Shown here in pieces: positions 1 to 27,501 of a stretch of 64,000 nucleotides of DNA. Under the pieces are notes generated by a model, which saw only the letters and a list, made by a program, of their open reading frames with translations, was not told where the DNA came from and ran no database searches. This DNA is from Amoebidium appalachense (lineage: Eukaryota > Protista > Ichthyosporea), in assembly GCA_963693365.1 (NCBI GenBank), contig CAVNZM010000006.1:8807355-8871354 (forward strand), read 5' to 3'. The number at the start of each line of letters is the position of its first letter. The first letter of the stretch is position 1. A program made the translations under genes and the position numbers.

Positions 1-4384
<4,384 letters not shown>

Positions 4385-5140
4385 AGGGACAAAGGGTGAT
4401 ACATAATGGCAGTATCATTGGAGGGATGTGTGCTTGGTGGTTGTTTTATAACAATGTTTTGTTATATGGTGGTGTGATCCGGGTGTGGTGTCATGAACTA
4501 ACTGTTGGGTAGTATAGTGATTGAGATGGGAAGGGAGATTCTTTTTGAATGTTTAACGGTGTGTAGGAGCTGCCGGTGCGCTAGGGAATATCCTAGGATC
4601 CGACACCAGCCTTTATGAAGATACTAAGGAACCCTGTATCTATATATGGAATTGTTTATCATTGGATTCGAATGTTATCTATCATATAGGACCTATCTAT
4701 TTATACGGCACTCTCGTTCTGAGAGCTACCTGGACTCGTTGATATGGGTATGTAGGCTTCCAAGAAGGAAGAATTATTGAGATTCTGTTCTCAGCATATA
4801 TTAAACACCGTGTGTTTTAAGTGTCGTCGCCATTGTTAAAGGGGTTGAAACACATTAACAACATTGGTTATGTTTTTTAAGTGTACGAATATACGAACAT
4901 ATATTTGACACCTGGGGCTATGTTTAGCCTTTTTAGTATGCGTGAAGGTTTTTTTTTTAATTCTTGTAATAGGTGTGAATAGGATTGCCAATGCAGCATC
5001 TTCCTTATGGCCGTCACATGTCCTACCAGTGTTATTAATTAAAACGATTCTTCTAGAATCGCAAGTTCATCCATATGGAGGCCTGCCATCCTTAATGGAA
5101 TAAAACGACACCATCTGAATTCCGAAACGACGGAACCTTA

Positions 5141-6179
5141 GGGCCTGTTTGGCAGCACCCCAATAATCGTATTCGTATTTAGGCCCTAAATACGATCTAC
5201 CGTATCTACAAAATTTATCGTGGTATGCGTATTTAGGGCCTAAATACGGTTGGTGCCTTCCAAACGCTGTCAGGCGTGACTGGTCACATTGAATGTCGAT
5301 ACATGGTTCACGAGATCTGATTGGCCCTATTCGCACCCATTGATCATCCTTCGGTATTCCATGCATATAGACTGGTGCAGCTGTAGTCAGTATTACGTAA
5401 CGAACGGCAAAAACGAGTCACCGCCGGACAGTGAGTCTTGCTCTGTTTAACAATAGGTTAGAATGTCTGTTAACGTTATTGAAGGGATACTGCCAGTTAT
5501 TGCGGTGGCTAGTGTAAGCCTTGCTAGAGACCTCGTTTTACGTCACCAACGTTCGTCCCTGGCATTCCCCACATATCTGAACACATAATGAGTGTTAAAA
5601 TTTGTCCTTGCCTATACAATACTCGTGCCTGCTTGTCACCGAGTTTGTACATGTACATTTGATTGTTTTTTATTAATGCATATATCGGAGTCCAGTATCG
5701 TTTCAATGATTATTATGGCATATATATACAGTCTGAGCTTGTTATCATGCACCGCGTAGGGTTCCTCGTCCTCTGTCTTACCTGTGCAGCCCAAATTCAT
5801 GTGCCAATTTTAACTGAGAATGTACACAAAATGACGTGTATGACACCGACCTTCTAACATTGAATTATTCACGTGCATGCGCCGGCATGCGTACTGTAGT
5901 AAAAATGTGCCCGCCGCGGCTTACGAGCGCTGTACCATTGGCTTGCTGATAGCCAATAAATGATGCGAAATGCTCTGATTGGCTAATTTCCTATATCGTA
6001 TTTACGAAAATCACCTCCGGAGGTGATTTTCGTAAATACGATATAAAAGCGATCCCTATCGTATTTACAAAAAATAAAAGCCCGCGGCGTGTTTGGCATG
6101 CCACTGGATCGTATACGTATTTAGGCCCTAAATACGAATACGATAAAAAACCGTATTTAGCGCGCTACCAAACAGGCCC
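5141..6179. mobile_element. Non-autonomous PIF/Harbinger-like TIR element (Tourist-type MITE), 1039 bp
   Basis: TIRs GGGCCTGTTTGGCAGC (5141-5156) and GCTACCAAACAGGCCC (6164-6179) match 15/16. TTA target-site duplication at 5138-5140 and 6180-6182. Palindromic subterminal CGTATTTAGGSCCTAAATACG motifs occur at both ends. No transposase ORF. Confidence 0.85.
5992..6045. repeat. Perfect 54-bp palindrome inside the MITE
   Basis: TATATCGTATTTACGAAAATCACCTCC|GGAGGTGATTTTCGTAAATACGATATA: two 27-nt arms with no spacer. Confidence 0.95.
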
Positions 6180-6514
6180 TTAAGAACCCTACAAAACTAT
6201 CCAAGTAATATGCTCATGGTCAACATGTTGCAGTACATACGCGTATTTGTATTTATTTCAATTAAAAACAAAGGGATATCTATCAGATTAGAAGCACGTG
6301 CCGGTAAATGGGATGCACCAATTAGATCAGGCACGCCCGCTCAGAATTAGTCTATAATGAAACGGAATTCACAGATAACCACAACCCAAAGAAAATCTAC
6401 ACCAGGCTGCCCCCCCCTCCCTTTTCCCCGCGGCCATGCATGGCCGTGCCCAGGGCCCTTTTTTTAACCCATCCGGGGCCCCATCTTAGCCCATCCTCTC
6501 CTGCCCTCCCCCCC

Positions 6515-6562
<48 letters not shown>

Positions 6563-7118
6563 CCCGCCCCCTCCCGTCCTCCCCCCACATCCCCCTCCAT
6601 CCGTTCTCCCCCACCCCTTTTCCAGTAGGCCCTGTAGGCTACCCCCCCTCCCCCCCTCCCCTCGTTTCCCCCTAGCTCCTCTTTGGGGTGCCATTCAGAA
6701 AGTAACAGCACTGCCGTTCAGAACTTTTATGTTGATAACATGCAATGCCATTGCGACTTTTTTGTGTGTGTACACGTGTGTGTGTGTTGCAAATCCCCCG
6801 GAGGGGCCCGCGGGGGGGCCGGGGGGGGGGGGGGTCTTATTCAATCATAAAGCCAAGCAACCAATCACTCTACTCATTTTAGTAAACATATTAAAACGGC
6901 ACGGCAGTTACTGTACTGTCGATATCGGCCAGGGGGCCACTGTACATGTCTATAGCAGATCCATGTCTACAGAATATATCCGCACACACCAACACAGGCC
7001 CTTGGGGGAGAGAGGATGGAAGATACCGGGGAGAGGGGGGGAGGGGGGGAGGGGGGGGGGGGGGGGGGGGGGGGAGCAATGGGGATAACTTCCCCCCCCT
7101 CCCCTTCCCCCTCCCCCC

Positions 7119-7155
<37 letters not shown>

Positions 7156-7991
7156 CTGAAGCATACAACCCCATGTGACCACATGCAAGGGTGGCATGCA
7201 TCCTGGCCAGGTTGCTGGTGCCAGTAACTTCAACTGCAAAAGGTATGCATGCACAAAGCAAAGGCACAGTTGCTTTTTATAGGGTCAAGTATCTTCAGGT
7301 GACTCGTACTGTGTAGCTGCGTAACCTATAGCTAATAGTTCACAATGTCAAATCAAATAACATATGTTCTCGACACATCACTATTTGACTGTGCGGGCCT
7401 GATGATGTGTACTTATGATAGGTCTATTGAGCACACAATAGTGTGTAAATAAGTATCATCATCATTTGTGCTTACACATGCTTCATTCGTGCGGGAACCA
7501 AATATGCCATTTGAGGCAGTACATAAACGTATTCAATGTGGTTGATTTAAGAATCATTCATACAAAACAGATCTAAACCAGGTTACTTCAGAAACCAGAA
7601 AAGGAACCCTAAAATCAAAAACAAAACAGAAGCAACAAAACAGAAAGCAAGAAGAACTCCTAGAGAACGAAACTAATCAATCCAATACCGAGGATCTAAA
7701 CTCAGCATGTGTCCATTTCTCTCCCATTTGATTCTACGACCACACACATGCGAGCGAACCCTGTCAACGGTCAATGACATTATTCAACTCTTGCGAGGGC
7801 AATCCAATTGCACTGCAGCCCCGTGCATACACCCGAGGTTTGGAGTGAACATGTTAATCTCACCAATCCTCCTTACTCAAGCATACAAGCATGTGCAAAG
7901 GACGTGAAGTTAACGATGGATGACCGACACCTTCATCTGGGGTTTACACAACAGAAAAAGTACGATTAAAAAAACCCCCCTTTGCTTTAAT

Positions 7992-18682
<10,691 letters not shown>

Positions 18683-19136
18683 GTTCGGTGCTGGGCCTCT
18701 AAGGCCCGTAACGGGGCTAGATTATCCTCGGTAGTTATAAAAATCTACGAAGACGCGAAGCCCAACATCGCTGTTTAAAGGACATACAAAAAATACAAGT
18801 GGCTGCTGCAATCGTAACACTCCAGAGTCAAGGATGGACAGGGAGAAGGAGAGGGAGAGAAAAAGTCAAGTAAAGACAAGAGTTATTTCAACTTGGCTGT
18901 TGTGTGCAACCCGAAAAAGACTGGATGACGCCGCGGAAAAACAACTCAGTCTTACTTTCTGCCTTCAAAGGGCGTCCCTCCAAGATTTGACTCTTAAAGC
19001 TTTGAGACAGCTAAATTATATATTGCTAGCGCACGCTTCCTGCAGGCACCTGCTGAAAAGATTCTGTGTTCAAGCACTCAGAGGCTCAGGCAGATGAGAG
19101 GCAACGTTTTCTGATAAATCTGAGCCGTCTTTCCTT

Positions 19137-19226
19137 ATTGGTGCGATTTATCCAATCGATCGCAGCATAGTAATGAATATGATTGGCTAAAAATGCACCA
19201 GAGCCACGATGCGCATTTAGCCAATG
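19137..19226. promoter_or_regulatory. Cluster of CCAAT/ATTGG boxes between the divergent WDR13-like and F-box genes
   Basis: Four CCAAT/ATTGG motifs within about 90 bp in microsatellite-free DNA between start codons at 18682 (-) and 19974 (+). Function is inferred. Confidence 0.35.
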
Positions 19227-19567
19227 CGATTGCAGATAAAGAACCCCTAGATCTTCCGAATTTGGCAACAGCTTTCCGTCGACAAGTTACTACCCATGCA
19301 ATTTTAAAACTTCTCAGTCAATTACCCAAACATTATAATTCCTGCGTTTACTTATCTAGAACAGTGATGGATTTTTCTATTGAATCTTTGAGATACTTAC
19401 AGATTTATTGGAGAGACTCGTTTAGCTAGAGTTCATATTGTTATAAAACACAACGCGTTCATGATCATAATCCCCCCCCCAATCATGATGTACCCCGTGA
19501 TATATGCCTCCTGCCTCCCAAATTCGACTTTGGCTAGGGGGAACAACCTCTAAGACCTTTGCAGCAA

Positions 19568-19598
19568 CACGGCCCTCTGAACAGTTCAGAGGGCCGTG
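19568..19598. repeat. 31-bp palindrome (15-bp arms, 1-nt spacer)
   Basis: CACGGCCCTCTGAAC-A-GTTCAGAGGGCCGTG. Confidence 0.9.
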
Positions 19599-19741
19599 CT
19601 TAGCAACAGTACTGGCCAGCCTCCGGGCCGGGGCATGCATGTCAACTCAGTGACCTGCTGTGAAATGTGAAATCTGCTGTGAAGGTGATCCGCACTCAGA
19701 AATTCTACTGTACCCATTGTTGTTGCAAGGCCTTGTACTGC

Positions 19742-19937
19742 GTAGGTATAGCGTTACTGGTGTAGCTATAGCACTACTACTAGTGTGTTTATAGCGCTAC
19801 TGTTGTAGGTATAGCACTAATCACTGATGTTGTAGGTATAGCACTACTGTTGTAGTGTTGTAGGTTTAGCGCTACTAGTGTAGCTGAAACACTACTGTTG
19901 TAGATATAGCGCTACTGTTGTAGGTATACTGCTACTG
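19742..19937. repeat. Degenerate ~20-bp minisatellite
   Basis: About 9-10 imperfect copies of TAGGTATAGCRCTACTGTTG, ending about 35 bp before the F-box ATG. Confidence 0.8.
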
Positions 19938-19973
19938 CTCGCCACTACCTTTTGCGTTTTCCTCACGGTCACC

Positions 19974-20260
19974 ATGCTGCTACGAAGCACCGCCCGAAGG
20001 AAGGCCGGTGAGTTTATCCCCCGCTCTCCTCCCCCGTAGCCCCTCTTACTCTCTTCTCTCGTTCGAAGTACCCACGTACGAGTTCGCGCTCTTTCTTTCT
20101 GTTTGCCCTCCCTCTGTGTCTTGAGCTTTGCACTTTGTTCTACCCTGTTTTCTTATTCATTCTCTATTCCCCCGCCTATACTATGTACTTTACCGTGTGC
20201 TCCACTACATCTATGCAGCATTGTGCAGTGCCCCCTTCTCAACCCCCTCCGCCCCTCCCC

Positions 20261-20307
<47 letters not shown>

Positions 20308-21198
20308 CTGCACATGCACACGCACAAGTGTTCAGGAGGTGAGGCACAAAATCCTGAGAGATATGCAGACTTGCACGCTCGTCTCCCCACCATGCGCACG
20401 GCAGGCATGCGTTCTTGTGTGAGCAGCCCCCCCCCCCCCCTCCGCCCCTCCCTCCCCCTCACCCACCCACCCACCCACCCACCAACCAACCAACCAAACC
20501 ACCCCCCTTCCCCCCCCCCCCCCCCCCCCCCCCCAACACACACACACACAGCTCAAGTGAGGGGCGGATAGCTTTAGGCGTGGGATGGTGCGGAAACTCT
20601 TGCTCTTTGCGCGTCTGTGTATATCTTGCACCATGTTCTCCGTGTGCATCTTTGCACTTCTTTTCGTCTACCTTAATCCACTCCACCCCCCTCGCTCCTC
20701 CGGCCACCTTGCCTCCTGTTGCAGCCTGTGGTCTTGGCCTATTGCTCCAAGCTGGCTTTTCCCCGTTTCTTCATCGGTTCCTAGGCGCACACTCGCTAGG
20801 CACATATACACGTGTGTGCCGAACACCTCGAACACCTGTATGCATAATGCACACACAAGCACACACACACGCGCGCGCCGCGTGTGTGTGTGTGTGTGTG
20901 TGTTGTGTGTTTATGCCTGCACTCGTTTCAATCACGCTGGTTAAAAAAAAATCACCACACATATGGCCCATTTAAACGTGCACACTAGCACATATACACT
21001 CTCTTATGGACTCCCCCCCTTCCCCCATCCGCTCTCTCTTCCCCCACCCGACCCCCTCCCGTTCTCCTCTCCTCTCCCCCTCCCGTCTTGTTTCCCTCAC
21101 AAACATCTTTTCTCTTTCTATCTTAATATCTCTCCCTCTCACAGACATACACATACGTGAGCAGCTTACGTGAGCACTTTGCAGAGAAAAAACTATCT

Positions 21199-21240
<42 letters not shown>

Positions 21241-23289
21241 AGAGATGGGGGCAGTCAGGGGGGAGAAGCGGGGGGGGGGGGGGGGGGGGAGAGGGGAAAG
21301 GAAGGGGGGGAGGGGGGGGGGGTTCAGAACTGGCCAAAAACCAGCTATGTATGTTGCAGCAGTTTTTTGACGATTTATGCCCATCATTTTTGTGCCCATC
21401 CCAACCACCTGTTCTGACACATGTGCCTACCACAGAGCATAGCCCCCTCTTGGGCCTCCCCCCCGAGCTCATGACCCACATCATCCGGTTTTTGCCGTTG
21501 GCTGACCGAAAGTCCTTCTCGCTGGTCTGCCGCCACTTCTGCGCCCTTGCACGGTCCCCTCAGGCCGGGCTGCTGTCTATGTCCCTTGAGTACGATGGCG
21601 TTGATGAGGTTAAACTTGACAAGTTGGTCAAGTCGACACCTTAGCATGCAGCAGTCGGTACTGTGATGCTGGAGGTGGATTGGATGAACGACATGCATGC
21701 ACAGCACGAGGAATTATTTCTGGCTATGTTCCGCCGGATTCCACTACTTCCGAATTTGGAAACCCTTCACGTGTCTTGCTACGGGAATCAAAATGCACTC
21801 TGTGCATCACTTATCACGTCGTTGGTCGAAACCGTCGGAAGCAAGTTGAGGACTGTTAGACTTTGTCTCGCTGACATGGGTTACAGCACATGTGCCGAGG
21901 CGATCTGGCAACTCGTTAAGACGGTCTGGGAATACTGCACGCAGTTAGAACATTTGCAATTGGAGATGACGGTCCACCTATTTCCGGGCATGCAACGACC
22001 ACCACTGGCGCGAAAGGATAGTGTAAAGCGCCTGGAGTTTACAGAAACCAGAAATGATGTTCTGCTGCACTACTTCCTGTCGGCATGCCCAAACCTCGAG
22101 GGCATAAATCTCGTAATGTGCACCGACCCATCAGCCAGCCTTGCCCGGTTGCAGAGTTTCCCCAACCTCACCCTCGTAGACCTGCAACTGTCAGTCCACC
22201 CCCATGAACAGACGGTCGTCGTGATTCCCGTAATTCCCAACCTGGAAAAGATTGAGTTGAACACTTCATGTCCCGTGAATGTAGAAATGTTGGCGGCGTG
22301 TCTTCGTCTACGCCGTGTCTCTCTGTCCTGCAAAGGGTTGCCGGCGGGCCTACCCAATTTCCATTCACAGCGGTTGGTGTCGTTTGAGCTCTTTGTTTCT
22401 GGAACCAGAAGGGAGATGTTTTCCATAGAAACACTAGCAACGTTTTCTATCGGCACAAACACAAACACTGAAACATCTCACACTATCGTGTGTTAACAGC
22501 ATACAACTTGATGCACTTAAACACTATAACACACTCACAAGCATCAAGTTGATCCATTGTGTGTGTGAAACAGCACTTGGTACCGTGCCAGACAACGAAT
22601 TGATTTTGGACCACCACCCCAACCTTTCCCTTCTATACCTACGGAGTGTGAGCACTCTAGCGTGCATCAAATCAACATCATCACACATGCACCTCAGAAA
22701 TTAGTTCTGGACGAAACCCCACTCTCAAACGACCCAGCATATGGCTTTCTAGCACAATGCAACACACTACAAGACTTACTGGTTATGGATTCTCCCAATA
22801 CCGATGTTCACCTTATCCGTCCACCCCCATCTCTAGTGCGCCTTAAATTGCATCATGTGCCACCCTTTTCCCATTCAACACCCCAAAGCTGCAAAGCCTC
22901 ACCATTCAGCGGTGCCCAACACTTCGTTCATTCGGCGTTGTCCCGGTCACTGCCGGAGCACTGAAGCATGTGGACCTGCAGAGTTGCTGCCACCTGGAGG
23001 ACATCAGTGCACTGGCACACATACCCACCATCCAATCCCTCACACTAGTGGACATGTATGGCTTCTGCACGCTGGACATCTTTGCCGGCCACGAGAATCT
23101 GTGAAGGTGTCGATCCTTTCACCCGTCATCGATGTGTCGGCCCTAGCGTCGTGCCCCAAAATTAAACTTGACTCGGTCACGGTGCCCTTCATTTACTCGT
23201 CCTCAGAGGCGGCAAGAAAAATACAAGAAAGGCGCATTGCTAACTTAAAAAGGGCAGTTGGAAAGAGGTTGGCCCGTGACGGTCGATAG
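19974..23289 (+). pseudogene. F-box/leucine-rich-repeat protein, disrupted (pseudogene or sequence errors)
   Basis: Exon 19974-20007 (MLLRSTARRKA, donor GTGAG) joins in phase to 21436 (EHSPLLGLPPELMTHIIRFLPLADRKSFSLVCRHF, an F-box). LRRs follow (PNLETLHV, CTQLEHLQL, CPNLEGINLVMC, TLKHLTLSC, PKLQSLTIQRC, ALKHVDLQSC). In-frame TAG at 21642-21644 and frameshifts near 22440, 22644, 22850 and 23100. Confidence 0.75.
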
Positions 23290-23293
23290 GTAG

Positions 23294-23337
<44 letters not shown>

Positions 23338-23942
23338 CCCCGCCCCTCCCCTCCCTCCCCCCTTCCCTTCACCACACAGCTCTACGTCTTACCACTACAT
23401 ACCACCACCCAACACACTAAGGAACACACCTGCACAGGCACCAAGTATACACATGCATGCACACGTGCAGGTACATGCACACACAACTCACACACACATG
23501 CAACACATGCATGCACATACACACAAACACGAACAAGCATACACACAAACATACGCACATGCGTTCAGCACCATGGTTTATGTTTTGCTTTTTCGGATTT
23601 TTAGTCTGTTTTTCAACGTCCTGCTTTAACCCACCAATCCCGACATTTCCCACCCACTATGTCACGGGAAATATACCTCCCCCCACCCACCCCCCTTCCA
23701 TCCTCTCACTCCTTGCATAAATGAATGTTTGCTTTTGCATGTGTCCTGCACTGTGTTTCTCATAGCGTAATTGTACATCGTGCCGTGTTCTGCATTCTAA
23801 CCCCCCTCTCCCTCCTTTCTTTATCACTTTAATTTACTTGTGTATACCAGTGTTTCCCTAAGCACTCAACTGACCACTCAACCAAAGCACATATTCTCAC
23901 TTAGTTGCACAATGTATGCACAACCAGCCTGTTGCACACTCT

Positions 23943-23973
<31 letters not shown>

Positions 23974-24119
23974 CCGCCCCCCACACACACAAGCGCATCA
24001 GCCCACTTGTACGCACACCCCCACCGTTGCCGTCAGACACCTCACAGACATGTCTACATACACACACACATGCTCACTTTCGTTCCCTTTCCATCTGCCT
24101 TTCCCTATTCCTCCCCCCC

Positions 24120-24154
<35 letters not shown>

Positions 24155-24724
24155 CCGGCGCCCCCACCCTTCCCCTTCCCCCACCGGCCCTGCGCCCCTC
24201 TCTCTCTCCCCACCCCCCCCCCCCCCCCCCCCTCCCTCGGACTATCGATTTGGCCTTTTTCAAGCCCAAAGCAATGGGTGATACCATATTTCCGACTGAC
24301 ATCCGGGGGCATAGCTTTCCGTTCGAAGACGTTAAAGTTCCGCCCTAGTAAGCGTGTTACTACCCTGCGGCGTGGGTCAAATCTCATATTTTCCCCTCTG
24401 ATTGCGAATTCTGCGGCCTTCGGGACCTAATTCTTTTCAGCTGGTGTAGTAAGTTAGCCAGGGAAGTATCGACTTAGGTAGCGACGGGGGAGCTTCCTAG
24501 AAGCCCCGTCTCCTGAGTTCCTATCTATATTCTTCTTGCTTCTGCTTACTGCTGCAACTTTAACCCCCGGCCTTTCCCACTGCCCTTGCCTGCATAAGTA
24601 ACCCTGCTCGTCTCTGATCAAGACGGGTGACCTACCCATGTTCAAGTGAAACAGTATCTGAGTTGGGTTTCGTTAACGAGGTGAATAGGTCGAAACTCGG
24701 GTACTGTGGATGACGTGGGCCCCC

Positions 24725-24835
24725 CCTGAGGATGGGCTCTGCTTATTATGCATACTCTTTATGTATGGCTTGCATTCTGCATCGTGTTATCCGTTTGTTC
24801 TTGTGTACTTCGTACTATTTGACGCATTCAAACCC
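24725..24835 (+). repeat. Dispersed ~110-bp repeat, copy 1
   Basis: ATGGGCTCTGCTTATTATGCATACTCTTT...CGTACTATTTGACGCATTCAAACCCC aligns by eye with 63787-63897. Confidence 0.8.
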
Positions 24836-27469
24836 CCCCCCCCCTCCTCTTTCCCCCTAATCGCATCACCCTCTCCTCCTCTCTATCACTGTTCCACCCC
24901 TTTTTGTGCATTCTCTTCCTACGTACCTTCTACCCCTGTTTCCCTCTTACCCCCCCCCCTCTCTCTCTCTCCCCCCTCCCCCTGGCGCCCCCCTGCCCTC
25001 CCCCCCCTCTTCCCCCCCCCCCCCACCACCACCACCACACTCCACCCCCTCTCTCTCGTTCCCCAATCTTGTCGGCTCCCTCGCAATTACCCCCCCCCCC
25101 CCCCCCTTGCACGAGCGCTTACTCATTGGGCTGTGTTGTCGACGCTTCTTTGGTGTGAAGGTGTTTGTTGACATCTGACATGCGAGCCCACAAACACACA
25201 TGCACACACACACACACACCCAAATACACAACCCACACACACACACACACGTACATGTACACACACACACACACATACATGTACACACACACACACACAC
25301 ATATCTATGTGCATGCTGCTGCCAATACTTTTTACCCTCACTCACCCAATATGCTACCGGGTGGGCATGAGATAGGTTTGGACACCGTCAGCCAAGCTGC
25401 AGCGATGGAGGACTTGTCCTTCCAGGCAATGTACCCATGGTACGGTGTTTGCCCTTTTTTTGTCTCTTTCCTTTTTTGCCTTTGCCGTACTGGTGGTGGT
25501 GTGTGTGTGGTATGTGGTTTTGTTTTTTGTTCCTTTCTTTTTGTGTGTGTGTTTAGGGGGGGGGGGGGGGGGGGGGAGGGGGGGGGGAGAGGGGAGGGGG
25601 AGGAGGGGGGGGGGGGGGGGAGGGGGGTTGGAAGGGGGGAGGGGGGGGGGGGGGGGGATGGGGGGGGGATGTTGTCGAAAGAAGTTATTGTGTGGGTGGG
25701 TGGGTCGGGGGGGGGGGGAGGGGGGAGGGGGGAGGGGGGGAGGGGCCGGGGGGGGGGGGGGGGGGTTGAGGGGGGGGGAGGGGGGATGTGCATGCTGCTG
25801 TAAGAAGTTGTTTGTGAGTGAACTTGTACCAATCTAAGTTGTGACTCCTGACAATTAGTAGTATGTACTCATTCATGGATTCGATTGCTATTGGAGGGCA
25901 GTGCACTATGCAGTGTGCCTTTCCCTCGAGTGTTGATTATATATGCAATGTAAGTGCTAAAGCAATGGGGTGCTGTGTTACAAGGGTTTGATGAGCTCTT
26001 TAGTGTGAATGTAATTTTATTAATGTTCAATATAGAAAGTACTCCAGCCCATCCCGATACTTCTGACTGCATATGAGAGCTTTGACGGCAGCTGTGGTTC
26101 TATATACTACGCCTGCATCATGTATATGATGTATTCTCGGTCTAATAAAGTATGTGTGGTGCCACGTTATAGTTTTTGGTTTCAATGGTGGTCTCGGTGT
26201 GCCCTGTTACTTGGGAAACCCCAGATATTTATGCATAAGACTGTGGATGTGACCATATCATACGTATCAGAAACACTCTTAATGGGGTTGGGGGAGGCAT
26301 TGAGCAATAAACCGGGCATTGGATCTCGACCCCAAATTGGTGCCATTGAAACTATGTGCCCGTGTTCATGCATGTGAACGGGTGAATGCAGTGTACATGT
26401 GGGTGCATCGTGCAGCAAACCAAGTCTTTTGGTTTTTGATCTTCGAACCACCTGCACCCCACCTGCACTCTAACTGGTGAGCCCACTTAGTGGCTACATC
26501 ATTATGGGGGGTTTACGCTGTTTACTCGAGGCAAAGAGATCATTATAATGCCCCACAGCGTGCACGTGGCTGCAGGCATGTTTGCACGTAGTGTAAACGT
26601 GGGATACATGCACACACCCGTGCGCGCGCGCGCACAGGCACACACCGTTCACACACACACACACACCTGCCGCACGCACACACACACACACACACACACG
26701 CACACACTAGCACGGCGCTTGCACACACGACACATGGACATACACACATGTGTACACGCGCACACACACACACACACACACATCGTCTGAAGCGTACAAG
26801 CGCAGACCACAACACACAAAAAGATTCACACACGCCCCACACGCACACACATTTTCGCACGTATCTACACAGTCATGTGCAAACACGTGGAAGGATCCAG
26901 GCAGGCCAACATATTTCCTTTAATTTGTGAAACTTTAAACCCTACATGTACAGGAAGACTTCATTATTGGGCCTGTGCTTTACGAATCGCTTGACGTTCC
27001 CCTAGGAGTACACATGGCCTGCAGTGTCACGTGCACACACACACACACACACACAAAAACACACATACTCGCAAACACACACGCACAACACATGTACCAC
27101 GCAACCACGCACACTGGTACGGCGCACGCACGCACACACGACTCAGGCATGTGCATGCACATTCACAGTCACACACACACACCGTGTGTAGCGATGCCAT
27201 ACAAAACATTATCCAGGTGATGTTGATTGCATTGTATGGACTTCACGACCAGCTGTCTTTATTAGACTCAGTGGCTGTAGGTTGAAGCAAACCCGTATAA
27301 ACTATGACAATTTAGAATTATAGTTATCCTCCCCTCCCCCCTCCCCTCTCCCCCCCCCCCCCTCCCCCCCAACAAACAAAAAAAAAAAAAAAAAAAAAAA
27401 AAAAAGCGACACACAGACACTTACACCCACCCACATATACACCCACACATATCAGGAGGGTGTGTGTGT

Positions 27470-27501
<32 letters not shown>

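Noticed and set aside
19742-19937. CRISPR-like or iteron array
   Set aside because: Degenerate contiguous tandem units without spacers; an ordinary minisatellite.
21642-21644. TAG reassignment or readthrough as an alternative genetic code
   Set aside because: TAG is the normal stop of GSTZ1 (28191) and the secreted protein (36576), and the same F-box gene also has frameshifts.
24241-24645. Retroelement protein fragment (TIDLAF motif and short minus-strand ORFs)
   Set aside because: No further endonuclease or reverse-transcriptase motifs; too short to support a call.
24651-24710. Minimal hammerhead ribozyme (GAAAC-TCGG-GTA)
   Set aside because: No proper CUGANGA core or stem I pairing; it is better explained as a simple hairpin.
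25376-26345. Possible orphan exons (GLDTVSQAAAMEDLSFQAMYPW; ETLLMGLGEALSNKPG)
   Set aside because: Could not be joined into a coherent gene or matched to a recognisable family.
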